32,000 bases of DNA from Candidatus Pelagibacter ubique HTCC1062. GTDB lineage: Bacteria; Pseudomonadota; Alphaproteobacteria; Pelagibacterales; Pelagibacteraceae. Every line of letters begins with the position of its first letter. The first letter of the stretch is position 1. A model generated the notes under the pieces. It made no database searches. It was not told the DNA's origin and worked only from the letters and a program-made list of their open reading frames with translations. Position numbers and translations under genes: made by a program. Location: the NCBI RefSeq assembly GCF_000012345.1, contig NC_007205.1, positions 330,001-362,000 of the forward strand, in the 5' to 3' direction. Below are positions 26,265 to 32,000 of the stretch, in pieces.

Positions 26265-26918
26265 TTAAGCTTTTTTTATTTTAACTGGATTTTTTCGATT
26301 AGGATAACAAGTCGTGCAAATTTTACAAGTCAAACCATAACATTCCCTTGCCTTACAAAATTCTCTTCCATAATAAATTATTTGTAAATGCAATTTGCTC
26401 CATGTTTTTTCTGGGAATATTCTTTTTAAATCTTTTTCAGTTTGAATTACATTTTTGCCATTTGTTAAACCCCATCTTTGAGCTAATCTATGGATGTGGG
26501 TATCAACTGCAAAAGCTGGAACTCCAAAACCTTGAGACATAACCACACTTGCAGTTTTATGGCCTACACCAGGCAGTTTTTCGAGCTCTTCAAAGCTTTT
26601 GGGTACTTTGCCTCCATGCTTTTCAAGAAGCTGTTTAGACATCAAATAAATACTTTTAGCCTTAACTCGAAAGAGACCAATACTTTTAATCAATTTTTCT
26701 ATTCGTTTTTTGCCTAATTTTACAAAATGCTCAGGTTTATTATATTTTGGATATATATTTTTAGTTACATTATTAACATTTAGATCAGTACATTGTGCCG
26801 ATAAAAGAACTGACATTAAGAGAGTAAAGTTATTAATATGATCTAGCGGGATAGGGGTTGTTGGATAAAGTTTATTTAAAATTTTTAGTATTGTTTTTGC
26901 TTTATCTTTTTCATCCAT
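26265..26918 (-). CDS. nth: endonuclease III
   Basis: HhH-GPD motif LPGVGHKTASVV, catalytic-region AVDTHIHR, and a C-terminal Cys cluster CKARECYGLTCKICTTC for a 4Fe-4S centre. Confidence 0.9.
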   Translation of the reverse strand: MDEKDKAKTILKILNKLYPTTPIPLDHINNFTLLMSVLLSAQCTDLNVNNVTKNIYPKYNKPEHFVKLGKKRIEKLIKSIGLFRVKAKSIYLMSKQLLEKHGGKVPKSFEELEKLPGVGHKTASVVMSQGFGVPAFAVDTHIHRLAQRWGLTNGKNVIQTEKDLKRIFPEKTWSKLHLQIIYYGREFCKARECYGLTCKICTTCYPNRKNPVKIKKA

Positions 26919-27694
26919 TATCTAAAGTTCAATAAATCTCTCATCGAATAAAGTCCTGGTTTTTTATTAATCAACCATTTTGCAGCAGTTAAAGCTCCAT
27001 CTGAATAAAGTGCTCTATCAAAAGCCTCATGATTTAATTTTATTATTTCTTTTCCACTGGAAAATGTAACTTCATGTTCACCAATAATTTCACCTTTTCT
27101 AATTGAATTAAAATTAATTTTTTTTCCATAAGGAAAAGATTTTTTATTTAAAAATTTTTTACCCATTAAGTTATAAAGGTTTTTATTTTTTCCATCTGCA
27201 ATTCCTTTTCCTAGCATTAAGGCTGTTCCTGATGGGTAATCTTTCTTGTGTTTGTGATGAACTTCAAAAACCTTGCTTAAATATTCTTCATTTAGTGATT
27301 TTGAGGTAATTTCTGTTAAATACATTAATAAATTAACGCCAAGGCTCATATTCCCAGCTTTTAAAATTGGAATGGTTTTAGAAAATTTTTTAATCAAGGC
27401 CTCTTCTTTTTGATTAAATCCTGTTGTTCCAATTACTACTCTTTTTTTTAATTTTGAGGCAATTTTTAAAATATCTAAAGTACAGTTTGGGACTGTAAAA
27501 TCTATTATTACATCAGTTTTTTTAAAAGTTTGTTCGGTGTTTACATCAAGCTTGATACCAGCAATTTTTTTACTGATAGCTTTATTTTCTGTTAGAGCAG
27601 TTAGTTTAAAGTTTTTATTATTTTTTGAGGATTTAATAAGCTGTTGACCCATTCTCCCTAGACAGCCAGAAATAGCTAAATTAATTTTTTTCAT
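26918..27694 (-). CDS. dapB: 4-hydroxy-tetrahydrodipicolinate reductase
   Basis: N-terminal NAD motif ISGCLGRMGQ, plus IGTTG and EVHHKHKKDYPSGTA motifs. Confidence 0.87.
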   Translation of the reverse strand: MKKINLAISGCLGRMGQQLIKSSKNNKNFKLTALTENKAISKKIAGIKLDVNTEQTFKKTDVIIDFTVPNCTLDILKIASKLKKRVVIGTTGFNQKEEALIKKFSKTIPILKAGNMSLGVNLLMYLTEITSKSLNEEYLSKVFEVHHKHKKDYPSGTALMLGKGIADGKNKNLYNLMGKKFLNKKSFPYGKKINFNSIRKGEIIGEHEVTFSSGKEIIKLNHEAFDRALYSDGALTAAKWLINKKPGLYSMRDLLNFR

Positions 27695-27730
27695 CTAAGA
27701 AAATATTAACCTTTTTTAGTAAATTAGTCT

Positions 27731-28861
27731 TTAGTTTTTCCAAAAACTTTTTGCTTTTTGAAAGAATTGTTTGATACTTGGATTAGACTTTTCATTTTCA
27801 ATTTCTCTAAATTTTTCAAGTAAAGCTTTTTGCTCTTTATTTAAAGAAATAGGAACTTCAGTATTTACTTGGACATAAAGGTCTCCATTTCCACTACCTC
27901 TCATATAAGGCATACCTTTGCCTTTTAGCCTAAATTGTTTTCCATTTTGAGTTCCATCAGGTATTTTAATTTTAGCTTTTCCGCCATCAATTGTTGGTAT
28001 CTCTATTGTGGTTCCTAAAGCTGCATCAGCAATGGATATAGGAAATTCAAAGAATAAGTTTTCATCAGATCTTTTAAATAAATCGTGTGAATGAACATTT
28101 ACAAATAGATAAAGATCTCCATTTGCCCCACCTTTGGATCCCGCTTCACCTTTGCCAGCTAATCTAATCCTAGTTCCATCATCGACACCTTTAGGTATTG
28201 TAACTGATATTTTTTTGGAGGCTTGTTTGTTACCTTGACCATTACAATCTGTACATGGATTTGTTATTTCTTCACCAGAGCCTGCACATTGAGGACAAGT
28301 TTGTTGAACAGTAAAAAAACCTTGGTTAGATCTTACTTTTCCATTTCCACCACAAACTGTACATCTGTCTGGAGAATGACCAGGTTTAGAGCCATTACCA
28401 TTACAAGTATTACATTTTTCTGTAGTTGAGAATTTTATATCTTGTTTTTTACCCTCATAAGCTTCTTCAAGAGTAATAGATAAATCATATCGAAGATCAG
28501 AGCCTCTATTGTTGGTTTTTCGTCTTCCTCTTGATTGTCCACCACCAAAATCTCCAAAAAAATCTTCAAAAATATCTGAAAAATCTGCTCCGCCAAAACC
28601 ACCACCAAAGCCTCCTCCTTGTCTGCCTCCACCACCCTCAAAAGCAGCGTGGCCAAAGTTATCGTAGTTTTGTTTCTTTTCTTTATCTGAAAGGACGCCG
28701 TAAGCTTCACCAGCTTCTTTAAATTTATCTTCTGAGGCTTTATCACCTGGGTTTTTGTCTGGGTGATATTTTACAGCTAATTTACGGTAAGCAGATTTTA
28801 ATTCTTCAGGGCTTGCACTTTTGCTAACCCCTAAGACGTCATAAAAATCTCTTTTAGCCAT
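27731..28861 (-). CDS. dnaJ: molecular chaperone DnaJ
   Basis: J domain with KYHPDKN, a G/F-rich linker, and four CxxCxGxG zinc-finger repeats. Confidence 0.97.
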   Translation of the reverse strand: MAKRDFYDVLGVSKSASPEELKSAYRKLAVKYHPDKNPGDKASEDKFKEAGEAYGVLSDKEKKQNYDNFGHAAFEGGGGRQGGGFGGGFGGADFSDIFEDFFGDFGGGQSRGRRKTNNRGSDLRYDLSITLEEAYEGKKQDIKFSTTEKCNTCNGNGSKPGHSPDRCTVCGGNGKVRSNQGFFTVQQTCPQCAGSGEEITNPCTDCNGQGNKQASKKISVTIPKGVDDGTRIRLAGKGEAGSKGGANGDLYLFVNVHSHDLFKRSDENLFFEFPISIADAALGTTIEIPTIDGGKAKIKIPDGTQNGKQFRLKGKGMPYMRGSGNGDLYVQVNTEVPISLNKEQKALLEKFREIENEKSNPSIKQFFQKAKSFWKN

Positions 28862-28893
28862 AAGTTACTTTAAGATGATAGTTGCTGTAAGTC

Positions 28894-30837
28894 TTAGGCG
28901 CTTTTTTCTTTATCTTCTTCTTTGCCTTCTTTGCTTTCTTCTTTAACTTCTTCAAAGTCAGCATCAACTACATTATCGTCTTTTTTTCCTTCATCATTTT
29001 TATCACCTTCTTTTGGTGAGCCTTCTTTTTTCTCTTGAGATTTATAAATTGCTTCACCTAACTTCATAGAGGCTTGAACTAAAGTTTCAGTTTTCTTTTT
29101 AATTTCTTCGGTATCAGTTCCTTTAATAGCTTCTTTCAAGTCAGTTGAGGCATCTTCAATTGCTTTTTTATCAGCATCAGAAACTTTGGCACCATGCTCT
29201 TTTAGATTTTTTTCAGTAGAGTGTAAAAGAGTGTCTGCTTGATTTCTAACATCAACAGATTCTCTTTTCTTTTTGTCCTCTTCTTTATTTGCTTCAGCAT
29301 CTTTTACCATTTTTTCAATCTCTTCATCACTTAAGCCACCAGAGGCCTGGATTTGAATTTTTTGTTCTTTTCCCGTTCCTTTATCTTTAGCAGAAACACT
29401 CACAATTCCATTTGCATCAATATCAAAAGTTACTTCTATTTGAGGCACTCCTCTTGGAGCAGGCGCAATTCCAACTAGTTCAAAGTTTCCTAACATTTTA
29501 TTGTCAGATGCCATCTCTCTTTCACCTTGAAGCACTCTTATCGATACGGCAGGTTGATTGTCATCAGCTGTTGAAAATACTTGGCTTTTTTTTGTTGGTA
29601 TTGTTGTATTTTTTTCAATTAATTTTGTTGAAACCCCACCTAATGTTTCAATTCCAAGCGATAAAGGTGTTACATCTAAAAGAAGGACATCTTTAACGTC
29701 TCCTTGAAGAACACCAGCTTGGATTGCAGCACCCATTGCTACAACTTCATCAGGGTTTACACTTTTATTAGGTTCTTTACCAAAAAAGTTTTTAACTTCA
29801 GATAGAACTTTAGGCATTCTTGTCATTCCACCAACCATTACAATTTCATCAATTTCACTTGCAGTAAGCCCTGCATCTTTAAGAGCAGTTTTACATGGTG
29901 GTAATGTTCTTGAGATTAAATCTTCAACCAAAGCTTCTAATTTTGCTCTAGTCATTTTTAGATTGATATGTTTTGGACCAGTTTTATCAGCTGTTATAAA
30001 GGGTAAATTAACATCTGTTTGCTCTGCAGAAGATAATTCAATTTTTGCTTTTTCAGCAGCTTCTTTTAATCTTTGAAGAGCCAATTTATCTGATCTTAAA
30101 TCAATTCCAGAATCTTTTTTAAATTCACCAATTAAATAATCAACGATTGTATTATCAAAGTCTTCACCACCTAAAAATGTATCTCCATTTGTAGATTTAA
30201 CCTCAAATACACCATCACCCAACTCAAGGATAGAGACATCAAAAGTTCCACCACCTAAGTCATAAACAGCTATTTTTTTATTTTGCTTTTTATCTAAACC
30301 GTAAGCAAGAGAAGCAGCTGTTGGTTCATTAATAATTCTTAAAACTTCAAGACCAGCAATTTTACCAGCGTCTTTTGTTGCCTGTCTTTGAGCATCATTA
30401 AAATATGCAGGAACTGTAATTACAGCTTTAGTTACTTCTTGGCCTAAATATTTTTCAGCTGTTTCTTTCATCTTTTGAAGAATAAAAGCTGAAATTTGAG
30501 AAGGTGAATATTTTTCCCCTTTAGCTTCAATCCAAGCATCTCCTTTTTCTGAATTCACAATTTTAAAAGGTGCAGCTGCAATATCTTTTTTTACAGTAGG
30601 GTCTTCAAAACTTCTTCCAATTAATCTTTTTACAGCAAAAATAGTATTTTCAGGGTTAGTTACAGCTTGTCTTTTTGCAGGTTGACCTACAAGTTTTTCC
30701 CCATCCTCAGTAAAAGCTACAACCGAAGGAGTTGTTCTTGCACCCTCAGCATTTTCTAAAACTTTTGGCTGACTACCTTCCATGATAGACACGCATGAAT
30801 TTGTTGTTCCTAAATCTATTCCTATAATTTTGCTCAT
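28894..30837 (-). CDS. dnaK: molecular chaperone DnaK (Hsp70)
   Basis: [18 protein letters not shown], and full-length Hsp70 architecture with an acidic, Lys-rich tail. Confidence 0.98.
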   Translation of the reverse strand: MSKIIGIDLGTTNSCVSIMEGSQPKVLENAEGARTTPSVVAFTEDGEKLVGQPAKRQAVTNPENTIFAVKRLIGRSFEDPTVKKDIAAAPFKIVNSEKGDAWIEAKGEKYSPSQISAFILQKMKETAEKYLGQEVTKAVITVPAYFNDAQRQATKDAGKIAGLEVLRIINEPTAASLAYGLDKKQNKKIAVYDLGGGTFDVSILELGDGVFEVKSTNGDTFLGGEDFDNTIVDYLIGEFKKDSGIDLRSDKLALQRLKEAAEKAKIELSSAEQTDVNLPFITADKTGPKHINLKMTRAKLEALVEDLISRTLPPCKTALKDAGLTASEIDEIVMVGGMTRMPKVLSEVKNFFGKEPNKSVNPDEVVAMGAAIQAGVLQGDVKDVLLLDVTPLSLGIETLGGVSTKLIEKNTTIPTKKSQVFSTADDNQPAVSIRVLQGEREMASDNKMLGNFELVGIAPAPRGVPQIEVTFDIDANGIVSVSAKDKGTGKEQKIQIQASGGLSDEEIEKMVKDAEANKEEDKKKRESVDVRNQADTLLHSTEKNLKEHGAKVSDADKKAIEDASTDLKEAIKGTDTEEIKKKTETLVQASMKLGEAIYKSQEKKEGSPKEGDKNDEGKKDDNVVDADFEEVKEESKEGKEEDKEKSA

Positions 30838-30856
30838 AATTTAATTCCTTTCCTTC

Positions 30857-30884
30857 ATATAAGTGTTAATTTTCAATCTACAAG
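30857..30884 (-). promoter_or_regulatory. RpoH (sigma-32)-like heat-shock promoter candidate upstream of dnaK
   Basis: The minus strand reads CTTG-N17-CTTATAT. This fits the alphaproteobacterial heat-shock promoter pattern CTTG-N17/18-CYTATNT as I recall it. It ends 19 nt upstream of the dnaK ATG. Confidence 0.3.
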
Positions 30885-30899
30885 TTCTTACAATTATAA

Positions 30900-31535
30900 T
30901 TAATTGTCTGAATTTTCTTTATTTTCCTCACTTTTTTGATCATCTGGAGTTTTGGTTTTTTTTGAAACTCCGACTAATGCTGGTCTTAAAAGTCTATCTT
31001 TCATCATAAAACCTTTTTGAATTTCTTGAACTATTGTTCCAGGTTCTTTTTGATCGTCATCAATTTCCATCATAGCTTGGTGTTGATTGGGATCCAATTT
31101 TTTACCAATAGAAACAACAGGTGTAATTCCATTTTTTGAAAAAATTGACACCATATCTTTACTAATAATTTCAAAATGCTCTAAAGTTTTTTTTAAAGCT
31201 TCAGTATCTTTTAGTACTTCATCACTTTCTAAAATTTGTTTTGACCTTTCAAGATTATCAATTAAATTTAAAGCTTCTTTTGCAAAAGAAAATCCACCAT
31301 AATCAAAAGCATCATCTTTTTCTTTTTCAAATCTTCTTCTTTGATTTTCCATTTCAGCAAAAGTTCTAGTAAGCTTATCTTCTAACTCCTTAATTTTTTC
31401 TTCAGGTGTAATCTCTTTTGCCTCTTCTGTTTTATCAGCTGAAATTTCTTGTTCTACTTGGTTTTGCTCCTCAGCTTTATTCTCTTTAATTTCTTCATTT
31501 TGGTTTTCAGAATTAATGTTTTGATCTTTTTCCAT
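30900..31535 (-). CDS. grpE: nucleotide exchange factor GrpE
   Basis: Acidic N-terminal extension, RTFAEMENQRRR coiled-coil region, and the C-terminal HQAM...GF...R.LRPALV motif. Confidence 0.9.
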   Translation of the reverse strand: MEKDQNINSENQNEEIKENKAEEQNQVEQEISADKTEEAKEITPEEKIKELEDKLTRTFAEMENQRRRFEKEKDDAFDYGGFSFAKEALNLIDNLERSKQILESDEVLKDTEALKKTLEHFEIISKDMVSIFSKNGITPVVSIGKKLDPNQHQAMMEIDDDQKEPGTIVQEIQKGFMMKDRLLRPALVGVSKKTKTPDDQKSEENKENSDN

Positions 31536-31571
31536 GACAACTTATATGGTATGAAATTTGATAATTGCTAG

Positions 31572-32000
31572 ATGTTAAAGAATAAAATTATAAAATTGTT
31601 GGTAGGCACTAATAATAAAGGAAAATTAAGAGAAATTAAGGATTTATTGCCTAAAAATGTTGAAATATACTCTCCACAGGACTTTAAAATAAAAAGCCCT
31701 CCTGAAAATGGCAAAACATTTAAGGAAAACTCCTTAATCAAAGCTAAATTTTTTTCTAAAAAATCAAAAATGATATGTCTGTCTGATGACTCGGGCTTAG
31801 AAATAGATGTTTTAGATGGAGACCCTGGAATTTATTCAGCTAGATGGGGAGGTAAAAAAGGTGATTTTAAAAAAGCAATGAATAGAGTTTTTAAGGAGTT
31901 AGATAAAAAAGACAAAAATTGGCGAGAGAAAAAAATTAAGGCCAGGTTTATTTGTGCCTTAACCATTTATAATAAAAATAAAGAAATAATAAATTCTATT
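31572..32000 (+). CDS. rdgB: non-canonical purine NTP pyrophosphatase RdgB/HAM1 (3'-truncated by window end)
   Basis: Not in the ORF track because no stop lies in the window. My translation from the ATG at 31572 gives MLKNKIIKLLVGTNNKGKLREIKDLL...LSDDSGLEIDVLDGDPGIYSARWGG, and it is in frame to the last base (143 codons). Confidence 0.85.
   Translation, partial: MLKNKIIKLLVGTNNKGKLREIKDLLPKNVEIYSPQDFKIKSPPENGKTFKENSLIKAKFFSKKSKMICLSDDSGLEIDVLDGDPGIYSARWGGKKGDFKKAMNRVFKELDKKDKNWREKKIKARFICALTIYNKNKEIINSI

Noticed and set aside
2242-31302. 22 short ORFs in the supplied track: 2242-2448, 4101-4436, 4385-4567, 8096-8278, 8565-8795, 8878-9075, 9334-9525, 9717-9926, 12605-12913, 13711-14007, 14354-14584, 21577-21840, 23670-23882, 25533-25718, 25740-25967, 26348-26542, 26490-26717, 28223-28429, 28435-28746, 28531-28722, 29412-29696, 31087-31302.
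   Set aside because: Each lies antisense or out of frame, wholly or mostly inside a gene with strong family-level identity. Their translations are low-complexity Leu/Phe/Ser/Ile-rich strings, typical of reading Lys/Glu/Asn-rich genes on the wrong strand. None has its own spacer or SD.
1-32000. A search of the whole window for CRISPR arrays, tRNA or rRNA genes, IS elements, integrases, toxin-antitoxin pairs or defence-system genes.
   Set aside because: None was seen. All spacers longer than 60 bp were read on both strands. They contain no repeat-spacer periodicity, no cloverleaf-like GC-rich segments and no ORFs of mobile-element type. Every long ORF is assigned to a housekeeping family.

Overview
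This is a very AT-rich window (about 30% G+C or lower by eye) and extremely gene-dense: 35 protein genes, with most junctions overlapping or under 40 bp. Gene content and order match the origin-proximal core of an alphaproteobacterial chromosome. The order is smr, tim44-like, fxsA-secB, then dnaQ-coaE-aroE-maf-DUF299 on the minus strand. A 284-bp spacer follows, then hemE-hemH-hemJ-rho-(TPR/GT41)-mnmE-mnmG-rsmG-parA-parB on the plus strand. Convergent holA-lptE-leuS come next, then a DUF3576 lipoprotein, a porin, small metabolic and repair genes, grpE-dnaK-dnaJ, and a partial rdgB at the right edge. The composition, the Lys/Asn/Ile-rich proteins and the near-zero spacers fit a streamlined SAR11/Pelagibacterales-type genome, though this is inference and not verified. 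I saw no rRNA, tRNA, CRISPR array, transposase, integrase or recognisable defence or toxin module. I do not find a convincing novel multi-gene system, because every long ORF is assignable to a housekeeping family. The signals worth a second look are non-coding or architectural: (1) a candidate oriC in the DUF299/hemE spacer; (2) a perfect parS palindrome embedded in the rsmG codons; (3) a G-free, C-rich leader in front of rho; (4) a 317-bp spacer bracketed by a 12-bp direct repeat, followed by a TPR-GT41 glycosyltransferase inserted between rho and mnmE; (5) an OmpR-type regulator with a degenerate receiver; (6) two divergent genes whose start codons share one ATGCAT palindrome; (7) a compositionally atypical porin gene with a shared bidirectional terminator; (8) grpE fused to dnaKJ with an RpoH-like promoter and no hrcA.
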